A stretch of DNA of 64,000 bases. Source: Octopus vulgaris. Its lineage: Eukaryota. Location: assembly GCA_951406725.2 (NCBI GenBank), contig OX597817.1:89776001-89840000 (forward strand), read 5' to 3'. Of this stretch, positions 49,842 to 64,000 are shown piece by piece. The position numbers and the translations under genes are program-made. Within the stretch, counting starts at the first letter, position 1; every line of letters starts with the position of its first letter. The notes under the pieces were generated by a model. It worked only from the letters and a program-made list of their open reading frames with translations. It was not told where the DNA came from and did not search any database.

Positions 49842-50012
49842 TTATATATACATACACGATGAGCTTTTTTCAGTTCCCGTCTACCAAATCCACTCTCAAG
49901 GCTTTGATCTGTCGATGCTATAGTAGTCACTTACCCAAGATACCATGCAGTGGGATTGAACCTAGAACTATGTGGTTGAGAAGCAAGCTTCTTACTACAC
50001 AGCTACGCCTGA
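49620..50012 (-). mobile_element. Second tandem copy of the same SINE family
   Basis: End-to-end homology with 49185-49605. Confidence 0.85.
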
Positions 50013-50459
50013 ACCTATATGTACATATATATTGTTTTTCTATTTGTTTCTTTCGTTGTTCGAAAAAAAAGGTCGTTTTCCATATTTTTGTATTTCATAT
50101 TCTCGTTTTTCATGTTGTTTACGTTTTTTGACGTCCTGTACCCATATATGCCTGTGTATATGCATATATATGTAGGTATGTACATGTATGTAAGTATATA
50201 TGCATATATATATTATATATTTTATTATATGATTGAACGCCACGCATCCATTTCCAAGTAACTTTTATCTTAATAATTATGATGCGACTCTAATTCTGTC
50301 ACTATCTCTATTTCCTTCTCTCTTCCTCTTTCTATATTCTTTTTATCCCCCTTTTTTCTCTCTCATCCTTTCTCTAATTCTTTTCCTACCCTTCACTGTT
50401 CTCTATCTGTCCCTCTCTCTCTCTCTCACTCTTCCTCCTTGATTTTCTCGTTGCTCACA

Positions 50460-50910
50460 CGTGACCAGTGGCCATCTTTCTTTTCTTAACTCGAATTTCT
50501 TTCTTCTAGTTCAGCTACAAGGATAGCACGAACTTTTGTCTGTCTCTTGTCAAAGCTTGTTTCCCCGGCGTTCACCTCTTCACCTCGTTATGGCTTAACA
50601 GTCCTTACTGTTTGTTTTCACTGTCCTGTTTTTGTTACCAGCTTTGGCCCTCCGCAAATCCCAAATTTTACTTAATTTGCTTTGCAGGAGCAACTGTTTT
50701 AACGAAGACGCATCTTTTCCTAATGCGTGAAATGCGTAGTAGATAAAACAGTGGACAACTGATGAAGGGATTGTTCTTTATATTGCCTGTCTTGTTTTTC
50801 TATTTGTTTCTTTCGTTGTTCGCAAATAAAAGTTCGTTTTCCTTGTTTTCGCATTTCATGTTCTCGTTTTTCATGTTTTTTACGTTTTTTGGCGTCCAGT
50901 ACCCATAAAT
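50460..50910 (+). mobile_element. Putative PLE terminal repeat with a damaged hammerhead; 3' part duplicated at 50030-50145
   Basis: Stem ACTGTTTTA/TAAAACAGT encloses ACGAAG-ACGCAT..ATGCGT-GAAA-TGCG-TA; homologous to 16100-16262. Confidence 0.5.
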
Positions 50911-51005
50911 GTATGTGTATATACATATATATGTAAGAATGTACAGCTATGTATGTATATATGCATATATATCATTTATATTATATTATATATATATATA
51001 TGTAC

Positions 51006-51048
<43 letters not shown>

Positions 51049-51139
51049 TACATACATACATACATACATACATACATACATACATACATACATACATACA
51101 TACATACATGTGCATATGTATGTATTATACTTAATTAAA

Positions 51140-51869
51140 AAGTTTTCTCAATTAACGTGATTCGGAAGTCGCTTTTCGGCACGTCGGCACAGTTCGATAT
51201 ATTTAAAAAGAAGTGTATATTCAGATGATTTGTAAAGCGTCTCCTTCGGCTAATAATGCACGATTTGTTTCGTTGTAATTAACCTTGTTTTAAAAGAAGT
51301 GCAAGGGTATAAGACGCTGTGTGTATAATGCAATGTAGTAACCGGGTAGGAAAGCGAAGTATGAAAATAAGAGAGAGAGAGAGATAGGAAATGAAAAATT
51401 AAGAAGATTTAATGTGGGTCAGGTCTGGAAGTCGCTGTCAGGTGGCATAAGTGTATAATGGTAGAACAAGGAAAGTTACTTTCACGATCAAGTTTCATTG
51501 AAGAATGTTAAGTAAGATAGACAGAGGCCAAGTGAAGGCAATTACTGAGTAATATAGGTTTAATAGTTCTTCGCCAATAATGCAGTCTTATGTTTACAGA
51601 AAGATGTGATTTCTGAACTGTTACTCAACATATCTAAGGCTGGAACAATATTCATAAGGAGGATTAAACCATAATGTTTTACGTTTATTTCTGTTACACA
51701 TGGCACTGCTTTTGTCATTACTTATGATGTACTTTATCTTATCCTTGAAACTAAAACAATAATGAAAATGGAAGATAGTGTTGACAGAGTGATAAATCAA
51801 AGACATAGAGGGATATACAGATATATACAAACACATATAGATACGTATACGTGCAAAAATATTAGTACA

Positions 51870-51905
<36 letters not shown>

Positions 51906-53520
51906 CGCATACATAAAGCAAAAAATTATATATATTCACATACACACAGACACGCACACACATACACATACACGCATAAACTGGTGGATGTGAATATTCA
52001 CGGCTACGTTTTCCGTATAAATAGAAATAAAATAGAAAACAACTTGGTTTTATTCTAGCTCGAAGCCCTTGCATATGATTAATTTTGCTCTTGTTCGTGA
52101 TGTACGTATTATTCATTTAATGCGGGGAGCTGGATGCTGATTGGCCATTTGTTTTGTTCGTGCAAATGTGAAGTTTATTATAAAAACCAAAAGTAAGAGC
52201 CAATGGTGTGACCATTCCCAAAAATTTTAATGTAACTTGTTTGAAAGATGATGCTAAGGAAGAGTTGGTGAAATGGACAAAATGTCCGTCTATGGCGTTT
52301 ACAAACATGTTCTGTTTAGTGCAGAAAAAATAATGAGATCGTTTTTTTATGAAAATGATGAATATGTCCCTGCACCGTTAAATGGAAGAATATAGAGCTT
52401 ATGAGTGTCTTTGGAGGAAAACCAGAAATGTATAAGAATGAAACTTCGTACGACGGGGTGGGTGCCGTGTAAGGTATAGCAAAGGCTTGTTGACATATAG
52501 GATTCTTGAATGGAAGAATAAAGCTGGTCAAATCTAATCTGCATTTATTTCCTACAAAACGAGGCTTCTGTATAATTTGTTGTAGGAAGTTAAGAGGCCA
52601 TCTTCCTCTCCTGCCACCGGTCAGTGTACTCTGGGTGGCAATGAATTGCTCAGAGACCCTATAGATATATTTGTCAGACGACAAGAATACTTTAACTAAC
52701 TTTTAAATAGGCCTTCTTGGATTGATGACCTGCAGATTCTGAAGAAGTTTGGGTATCGTGACAAGATTGTCTCTGTGTGAAAGGCGGCGAGCTGGCAGAA
52801 ACATTAGCACGCCGGGCGAAATGCGTAGCCGTATTTCGTCCGCCGCTGCGTTCTGAGTTCAAATTCCGCCGAGGCCGACTTTACCTTTCATCCTTTCGGG
52901 GCTGATAAATTAAGTACCAGTTACGCACTGTGGTCGATATAATCGACTTAATCCGTTTGTCTGTCCTTGTTCGTCCTCTCTGTGTTTAGCCCCTTGTGGC
53001 TAGTAAAGAAATAGGTATTTCGTCTGCCGTTACGTTCTGAGTTCAAATTCCGCCGAGGTCGACTTTGCCTTTCATCCTTTCGGGGTCGATAAATTAAGTA
53101 CCAGTTACGCACTGGGGTCGATATAATCGACTTAATCCGTTTGTCTGTCCTTGTTTGTCCTCTCTGTGTGTAGCCCCTTGTGGACATTAAAGAAATAAGA
53201 TTGTCTCTGTGTTTAGAAGTTTCCATGGTGTAATGAAAGCGAGTGTCAACATGAGTGGTAAGCTTTCCGATTCAATTTTGCAAATATTGATAAGCAAGGG
53301 AACATATCAGTGGTAACTGTTCGCATTGTACGCTACTATGGTTAACTTGGTGGCTTTTGATGGTTTCTTACTTGGGGTCTATATCAAGTACCGAACAGAG
53401 AGCAGGATGTTGAATATAATATAAGATGGTTTCCTGCTTAAACAAAGTTATTCTCATCGTTAATGCAGGAATTCCTATATGCTGACGGCCTATACGCATC
53501 ATTTTATAAAATCCTTCCCG
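51140..53520 (-). pseudogene. Highly degenerate Naiad-like PLE relic interrupted by a SINE and microsatellites
   Basis: RNKRKTLWFNPPY and, across a frameshift, LDLTSF/YSSIQES resembling PLE RT motif A. The WFxPPY motif is shared with 55503-56432. Boundaries are approximate. Confidence 0.5.
52779..53196 (+). mobile_element. Young dimeric tRNA-derived SINE with 16-bp TSD
   Basis: TSD AAGATTGTCTCTGTGT at 52763-52778 and 53197-53212; two near-identical core-plus-tail units. Confidence 0.92.
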
Positions 53521-53898
53521 ATAGCATGCAATGCATTGGGTCTAACAATCAACTTTAAATAGACGGTAGTTGTGTTTCAACCTGCACTAGATAAAGGCCT
53601 ACTCTGAGTAAACATTTGTGTGTATGGGTTGACATTGCAGTTGTGGATAAATTCGTGTATTTAGGCAGTGCCGTGAATATGACAAATACTCTTGATAATG
53701 AAATCTTTCTCTGAATTAAGGAAACCGCCAAGAGGTGCACTGAAATGCCATATAAAGGTTCACCAAAACAATAGTGCAACCCCTATTTGGAAAGGACATT
53801 CAGCGTTGCCACATTTGTGCAAAAGAGTGCAAGTCCCAAGCAAGAGTGAAAAGAGAACAATAAAGCGATGGTATAACTCGAAATCGAGTTGCAGCCAT

Positions 53899-53934
<36 letters not shown>

Positions 53935-54067
53935 TGTGTAATGTCTGTCTGCATGTGCGCGCGCGTGCGTGCGTGTACGAGTAGTATGACCTCACATTTT
54001 TGAGGAAGCCGAGCTCAGCAAAATTTTGAAGTTATTAACAATAAAATCGTAATATTAGACAGTACGT

Positions 54068-54375
54068 AGGCGGTGAACTGGTAGAATATCGTTACCGCGC
54101 CGGGCAGAATGATTAGCGATATTTCACCCGTCTTTACGTTCTTAGTTCAAATTCCGCTGAGGTCAACTTTACTTTTCGTCCTTCCGGGATCGATAAAATA
54201 AGTACCTGTTGAGCACTGAGGTCGATGTAATTAACTTACTCCCTCCCCCTAAATTGCTGGCCTTGTGACAAAATTTAAAACCAATATTAAACAGAACATA
54301 AGGCGGCGAGCTGGCAGAATCTTTATCGCATCACACAAATTGCTTAGCAGCCTTGCATCCGTCTTCACGTCACAG
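54068..54375 (+). mobile_element. Monomeric Nin-core-like SINE followed by a second head fragment
   Basis: GGCGGTGAACTGGTAGAA...GTTCAAATTCCGCTGAGGTC...TCGATAAAATAAGTACC; new head GGCGGCGAGCTGGCAGAATC at 54302. Confidence 0.8.
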
Positions 54376-54472
54376 ATATATTCCAAGTTCAACTGAGTTC
54401 AACTGGTGCATATTCTGAGATCAACATTAAATTATGGTGAAGAGACAAATACAAGGATGTGCACGAACGCAT

Positions 54473-54525
<53 letters not shown>

Positions 54526-54903
54526 TACACATGCATACACGCACACTCACACACGCACATACAACAGGATTCCACACAGTTTCCCCTTTACAAAATTCAC
54601 TCACAAGAGGTTGGTTTCCTGGAGCTACAGTAGAAGACATTTAGTCGACGTGCAGCACAGTGGGACAGAAACCAAAAGTATAAGTCGTTGTAAAGCAAAG
54701 CTCTTAACCACAGGATAATGACTGCACCAATATATATTTAAATACACCTATATAGATATGTCTAGTTGTGTGTGTGTGTGATAAATGTCATAACAATGTT
54801 CCATATTCCATTCAGTGTCAACGTAACTAAATATCAATACATGACACTTTAAAGAATTTCTTTGATTTTTTTTATGAGGAAAATGCTACTTTTATATTTC
54901 TCA

Positions 54904-54960
<57 letters not shown>

Positions 54961-55167
54961 TATGTATATATATATGTACATATGTATGTATTCGTGTATA
55001 TATTTCTATATATATATATAAGTATGCTTATATATATGTGTGTATTGTGTGTGAGTCTGTGCATATATATATATTCATAAATTTACATATACATGTACAC
55101 ATTCATACACATATATGTATGTATATATATATATACATATATGTATGTATATATATATAAATATATG

Positions 55168-55232
<65 letters not shown>

Positions 55233-55320
55233 ACATACACACACGCAGATATATAAGCAAGCTTCTTAACAATATAGCAACTACTGAATGTATGTAGTTG
55301 CTATATATATATATATATAT

Positions 55321-55357
<37 letters not shown>

Positions 55358-55443
55358 TGACAACAAAAGAAGGAATGAGACGTCAATTTTAAGTAAAATA
55401 GAAGAATTTATCTATAAATATAATATGTGACAATTAGTTGGTT

Positions 55444-55502
55444 GGCATAACACTCAGAGTTTCGGATACCGGGGCTGAAATCTGCTCCGGCATCTCATCA
55501 GT

Positions 55503-55503
<1 letters not shown>
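55444..55503 (-). ncRNA. Hammerhead ribozyme motif with canonical core and long stem II
   Basis: Minus strand: AA-CUGAUGA-GAUGCCGG-agcagauuucagcc-CCGGUAUC-C-GAAA-CUCUGAGU-G-UU. 8-bp stem II and near-palindromic stem III; the 5' strand of stem I is cut at the junction. Confidence 0.65.
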
Positions 55504-57216
<1,713 letters not shown>

Positions 57217-58103
57217 ACAATGGGCTTCTTTCAGTCTACCAAATCCACTCAGGTTCCAGTTGGCCCAAGTCTATTGTAGAAGACACTTGACCAAGATGTC
57301 ACTCAGTGGGACTGAACCCAGAACTATGTCATTGGGAAACAAGCTTCTTTCCACACAGCCATGTGTGTGTTTTTAGTTACAGATATATGGTCAAACAGTT
57401 TGCTTACCAGTTATGTGGTTTCAGGGTCAGTCCTAGTGTTTTGCACCTTCAGTGTCTTTTTAGCCCCTTGCTGACAGAAACTATGTGAGTGAATTTGGTA
57501 GTTGCTTATCATATATATTCTTGTACATATGTATTTGTGTGTGTGTGTACGTGTGTGTGTACAGGTAAATAGATATTGTTATAATCATCATTATCATCAT
57601 TATCATCATCATCATAATTCTCATCACCATCATTATCATTTTGTGTTTGTTTTTCATGCTGGATGTGTCGTTAGGATGTAAATTATCTTAGACACACTAC
57701 ATCAATGACAAGCAACTGACTTTGGAATTTTGTATTGCTTACAGAGGGTTAGTTCTTAACCAGAGTCGTTTCTTTATGAGATGAGTGACTATATTCAAAG
57801 ATGTACACTCATATATAGAGAGAGAGACTTTCAAGGACACACATGCAGACACACGAGAAGCACTCTCTCTCTGTCTCTCTGTCTCTCTGTCACACACATG
57901 CACAAACACACACATAACATGAATGCACATAGACATATATACATGCATACATACATACATATACATACAAATATCCATGCACACACATGCATACACACAT
58001 GTGTATAAATACAAGCAGGAAAATAAAGTGACTGATAGGGTAACATACACGTGTATATGTGTATGGATGTATGTATATATAGATGTGTGCTTGTGTGTGT
58101 GTG

Positions 58104-58147
<44 letters not shown>

Positions 58148-58619
58148 ATATGTATATATATATATATATAAAATGCATATATATATATATATATATGTAT
58201 ACGTATATGTATGAATATATTTATATATGTATACATGTATGTATATCGATATATATGCCTATATACACACATCTATGTCTATAATTATCTATCAATCAAT
58301 ATATATATGTATGTGTGTGTATATATATATATACATACATTCACACACACACACATACATACACACGTGTGCATGCACATACACACACACACATACATAC
58401 ATATGTACGTACACACATACACACATATATATGTATATAAAATTCCAGCATGCAAGAGATGTATTGAAAAGAAATTTACAAATTTACACAAAATCCACAA
58501 AAAGATAGAAACAAGCAGCTACAGTGTTAAGTGCTCTTGAAAGAGATGGGTGGGGATGGAAAGGGAGAAATGTTGGAAGCAACAGCTTCTTCAGATGCAT
58601 TAAGCATGAAATGAAGAGC

Positions 58620-59165
58620 TTGTGGTGGTATTGGAAATGGTTGTGGTGGTAAAGTTATGATGGTTCTTGCTTGTGGTGGTTGTGGCATCACGGGTGTTGA
58701 AGGTGGTAGTACTAGTAGTAGTAGTGCTGGTGATGGTTGTGGAAGTAATATTGGTTGGTGCTGATGCTGGTATTGTTAGTGGTGGTTGAGGTTTGTGGTT
58801 TTGGTTGCTGTAGTGGGTAGAAGTTAAGATGATGGTTGTGGAGGTAGTCGTGTTGGTGGTTGGTTGCTGTAGTGGTAGTAGTGGTGCTATTTGTGGTGAT
58901 GATTAAGGGTATTGAGATTAGTATTGTTAGTGATGATAGTTGTTTTGATGGTGGTGGTGGTGGTGACTTTCATGATAGTAGTGTTGGTGGTGGTGGTGAC
59001 AATGGTGGTGGTGGTGATAATGATGATGGTGGTGATGGTGATAATGGTGGTGATAATAGTGGTGGTGGCAGCATGATGGTGATAGTGGTGACAGTAGTGC
59101 CGGTGGTGGTGGTGGTGATGGTGGTGGCAGCAGAAGTAGTGATGATGAAAACGGTAATATAAGAG
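58620..59165. repeat. Degenerate (GGT/GAT/AGT)n trinucleotide low-complexity tract
   Basis: Visible directly in the sequence. Confidence 0.9.
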
Positions 59166-59358
59166 TAGGGAAGAGATGGTGTGGAATTTCACAAATTAAT
59201 TTTTTTTCCAACTCTTCAGAGGTCTCTCTAAAGACTAATTGAAGTTAAGAAGTAAAAATCCTTTAAGTTTTTCATGTGTATATAAACAAACATGTATACT
59301 TGTGTAGATGCTTGTATGCATGTATTACTGTGAGTGCATACTTGCATGCATACACATA

Positions 59359-59399
<41 letters not shown>

Positions 59400-59554
59400 A
59401 TACACACACACACACATACACACACACAGATAGATAGATACATACATACATATATACATACATACATACATACACACACACATATATATATGTATGTATA
59501 TATACACACACATGCACGCACATTCATATATATATCTACATGCATAAATACTGG

Positions 59555-59590
<36 letters not shown>

Positions 59591-59659
59591 TATGTATGCA
59601 TACATATGTATATATGTATACATATATATATGCATGCATGTATACATGCATGTGTGTAT

Positions 59660-59945
59660 ATGAGTGATGGAGTACAAATGAGCTTAGAAGAAAAAGCTGA
59701 GTTCAAGAAATCAGATGTAGTGTGTCAGAAAGAAGACTGCACTGGTATGTGCATGTGATGCATACAGAAGTTGACAGCTGCATAAAGAATTGCTGAGTAC
59801 TGAAAGTGAGTGGAACATGTGGAAGAAGGAGATTTGAGATGAAGTGATGAAGATTGATCTCAAATTGTTGCATCTCATGAAGGAGATGATGATAAACCAT
59901 GTTAACTGGTAATACATCGTGCTGGAGAAGTCCCAGCCACATGTG
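59660..59945 (+). pseudogene. RTE LINE ORF C-terminal relic
   Basis: STNELRRK, ERRLHWYVHVMH, LKVSGTCGR, EVMKIDLKLLHL. Confidence 0.7.
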
Positions 59946-61503
59946 GCAAAAATTACATTTATAATGAGAAATAGTAATGGAGATTGAAGTATTTAATATA
60001 CAAGGCTGGACTAAACAGTTTATAAGCTGATTGTGAAGGAATAACACTGGAGCTGTAAAATCTTGCATGCATTGATTTGAAAATCTCCTTATTAATAACT
60101 ACATTGTTTCCTTCCGCCTAAACTGACATCTGACTGTTCAGAGAAAAACTCAAAAGTAACTAGTAGTAACTTCTCTTGAAAACAGAAAAAATTTGGCATC
60201 ATCATACTATCATGTACTCACAGAAAACAGGTTCGTGTGGTGGTGGTGGTGGTGGTGGTGGTGGTGATGATGATGATGATGATGAGGAGGAGGAGGAGGA
60301 GGAGGAGGGGAGGAGGAGGAGGAGGAGGGGAGGAGGAGGGGAGGAGGGGAGAAGGAGTAGGATGGTGATGATGATGATGAATTACTAGGTTTTCAGCATT
60401 TGGAGACAAGTTAGTATCCTTCATCTGGAAACTGCTTGGGTTGTCACAACACAAAACAAAGTCAAAATCTTCCAACTTAAAACCTTAAAAAGGGTGTTAC
60501 ACATGAAAACAGAGGAGACAAAGATAGATGATAGATAAAAAAAGAAAAGCAACAACCAAATACAGAATATAAACAAGTGTGTCTTTCAATGTAAGATGGC
60601 AACAAACATGAGAAATACTGGTACAAGAAGAAAGTAGTAGATAAGCTTTTGTAGGACATACAACCTAAACACAACAGTATTTTCCAAGTTTGAGCCTACC
60701 TTAAGTCAAGAGACAGCATTGCTTATACTCTGCATTTCTTTGTTCTCGTCTTGTGTATCAGTCTTTGTCTTCGTTTTCACTTTTAGCACACCATGTGTTT
60801 TTAGTTGTGTAACTTGTCTTCATTTTATTTTGTGTGGAACTTGGTTCTTTCCACATGAAGGATACCAACTTTTATTCTCACATCACCAAAATCCTAGTGT
60901 TTCTAGAATGAAAGGTTGCCAGACAAAATGAGTTTAGCCTTGTCTGTATTTACTCCCCTCCTTTAGCTGTTGTGCATATCTTTCATGCATATTTTGAATG
61001 TGTGTGTGTGTGCGTGTGTGTGTCCAAGCTGGCATCTGAATGAGTATGTCAATGTGAAAAGTACCAACATACAGCAACAACTAAATAAATATATTTACAC
61101 TCTACAATATACAGTGAACTTTTTCCCTTTTCCATTATAAACATCTGTATGTATGCGTGTATGTATATGCATATATATGCACACACACGCACACATATAC
61201 ATACATATATATATATATATATAAATATATATATGTGTGCGTATATATATATAGACAGACAGACAGACAGATAGACAGACAGATAGACAAATAGACAGGT
61301 AGATATTTGTATGAGCAGGTCTATGCCACAAGCAATTATTATAATAATTATTAAAAATTATCATCATCATCATTATCATCAATCATATGAAACTAATGAA
61401 ATGTGTGAATATTAGCTTCAATCCTGTTTCCCTAAGATGACAGACTAGGTTACAGTGAAAATAACTCCAGATTAACAGAATGATGATGATATATATATAT
61501 ATA

Positions 61504-61550
<47 letters not shown>

Positions 61551-61904
61551 GTACATACATAATGTAGAAGCTATCTATATTAATCAAAGACAGTTTAGTG
61601 ATTGGCTGTTCATTAGCTCTATGCATTGACTATGCAGAATGTGTGAAGCTGATGTAGCATTACAATCATGATTAGCGACAAACAAAATGCTGTGTGCTAT
61701 TTAAATAAAGACTTTCAGGGTTCAAACCCAACAAATTTATTAAGTTTCAATAAAAGAAGTACTCAGAGTAACAGTCAAATCTCTTGCACACTCCTCCAAC
61801 ATCTACGACCTTGTGCTGATGTTGGAAACCATTGTTATGAATATGCTTTTTTCCATTTTTCCCTGTTCTCTCCTGCAAATAGCTTGACAACTTCATTATT
61901 TTTT

Positions 61905-62100
61905 CAGTGGTATGAGAAAAAAACGCACCCAGAACACACTGTGTAAAGTGGTTGGCATTATAGGAAGGGCATCTAGCCATAGAGAACATGCCAAAGCTGA
62001 CACTGGAGCTTGGCATAGCCCTGCAGCTTGCTGTATCCTGTCAAGCCAACTGATTCATACCAGCATGGAAAACAGACATTAAATGATGATGATGATGACG
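61905..62100 (+). mobile_element. RTE LINE/SINE 3' terminus with (GAT)n tail
   Basis: GTAAAGTGGTTGGCATTATAGGAAGGGCATCTAGCCATAGA...CCAGCATGGAAAACAGACATTAAATGATGATG; the reverse homologue is at 2030-2210. Confidence 0.75.
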
Positions 62101-62377
62101 ATGACAACAACGACAACGACAACGATGATGACGACGACGGTGACAATGACTATAACAGTGATGATGATAATGATGATGATCTTGTTGATGTTGATTTTAT
62201 CATTGTTGTTGATGTGGTACTTGTTGTTATTGTTGCTGCTGTTGCTTAGTCCCTGGTCAGCTTTAATTCAACAAAATTTTAATCAAAGATAGTCCAACTG
62301 TGATCATGCTAGTTTTCTTCTGGCAAAATGTATCTAAGGTCACATTATCTAATTTCATTTTTTTTTCTTTCATTTAA

Positions 62378-62597
62378 CCCTTTAAAATTCAGATTATTCT
62401 GTCAAATTTAATGCTTATTTATTCAAACTGTTTGGAATTAATTATATATTATCTTGTAGCTCTTAGATTTCAATGATGTGATTGCATATTTTTAGAATGA
62501 CATTCTAGAGTAGGTGTGAGAGGCTGTGTCTGGCCAGTTTGAACATAAAACAAATAGAATATTTTGGCCAGACATAGCCAGTTTAAATGCTAAAGGA
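62378..62597 (+). mobile_element. piggyBac-like MITE with TTAA target duplication
   Basis: TTAA|CCCTTTAAAATT ... AATGCTAAAGGA|TTAA; second copy at 13727-13941. Confidence 0.78.
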
Positions 62598-63341
62598 TTA
62601 ACCAACAAAACATCTTTGGTGCAAGAAAAGAAGGGAAATACATTCAAACTGGAGATCTGTCCTAAATGCATGTAAAGAGCTCCATTGACAGTACCCAAAG
62701 AACTTCATGATGTTATTAAACGGGGTGGGTGGGTGGGGGAATAAATCCATAAATATGATTCTTCTAATCACATCTTGTTGAGATGTAACTGAAAGCTAAT
62801 TTTGTTGATATTTCTAGCAAACTAAATAGTCACACGGATGTCTTCTCTCATTAAACTGTGGGTATTGAGCTTTGTCCATAGGTATTTGTTGTTTCCAGAC
62901 ATTAGAGGACATGTACATCACTAGGAGTAGAATGCTTGTGCTAGGCAGAATGAAGTGAGTGGAAGATAGACAAGACGGTAGGAAATTCCCTAGTTCGTTG
63001 ACTCTACCCCCATTCTAAACACCACACACACACACACACTAATACCATTTCTTTCTCAGTTGTACCCAAGTTATAAATTTCTGTAATTATCAGCTGATGG
63101 AAATCTCACAGTAATTTCAGCTAGACACGAGGAAATGACAGAGAATATGTTATGGTCATATAAACCAATATTAGAAGTGTTAATAAAACAGACATCTATC
63201 CACAAACTCACACACCTTGTTGATTGCCTGTGTTAATTAGTAGAACAGACACACTTTGTGATTTCTTTCTTCCTTTCCTTTTTCATTTTATTTATGGCAC
63301 ATTTTGAGATTTATAGTAAATATCAGCTTTTCTTTCATTAT

Positions 63342-63395
<54 letters not shown>

Positions 63396-63534
63396 CGGAA
63401 TGGTCATTTTGCCAGTTTAGCCAATGAAAACACACGCACTATATATTTGGTGTTATTTTGCTTCAGTGTTATTTATTTTTTACATTAATCTTATTTCGGC
63501 CACATAAAAAATCTTGCACAACAAATATTTAAAC

Positions 63535-63878
<344 letters not shown>

Positions 63879-63879
63879 T

Positions 63880-64000
63880 TCTTTTATTTGTTTCTGTCAT
63901 TTGACTGTGGCCATGCTGGAGCATCGCCTTTAGTCGAACAAATCAACCCCAGGACTTATTCTTTGTTAGCCTAGTACTTATTCTATCGGCCTCCTTTACC
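63880..64000 (-). mobile_element. 3' part of a 49185-type SINE, running off the window end
   Basis: GTCATTTGACTGTGGCCATGCTGGAGCA...CCCCAGGACTTATTCTTTG. Confidence 0.85.

Noticed and set aside
58568-58600. Minus-strand CTGAAGA-AGC-TGTT-GCT
   Set aside because: GAAA is replaced by CCAA; possibly a decayed pLTR motif but not supportable.

Overview
Repeat-saturated, AT-rich animal genomic DNA. The SINE families and the dense (TA)n/(CATA)n/(GATA)n/(CA)n tracts suggest an octopus or other coleoid cephalopod (inference from recalled repeat families). I found no convincing host-gene exon, and most short ORFs in the track are microsatellite artefacts. Retroelements: two Neptune-like Penelope-like elements (PLEs; 135-2008 -, 16771-18853 +), two Naiad-like PLE relics, a CR1-type LINE with an uninterrupted 555-aa RT frame nested in an old RTE LINE, further RTE and CR1 relics, and many tRNA-derived SINEs. 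DNA transposons: a Helitron helicase fragment with a canonical 3' end, a complete non-autonomous Helitron, three mariner copies, a mariner foldback and MITEs. The most notable signal is non-coding: a set of hammerhead-ribozyme motifs in PLE terminal repeats and in solo repeats embedded in microsatellites. Five are minimal type I motifs with covarying stem I, and three of these share a non-canonical CUGUNGA core (A6 to U). There is also one canonical-core motif with a long stem II at a PLE 5' junction and one type III candidate. All folds were inferred by eye and ribozyme activity is untested.
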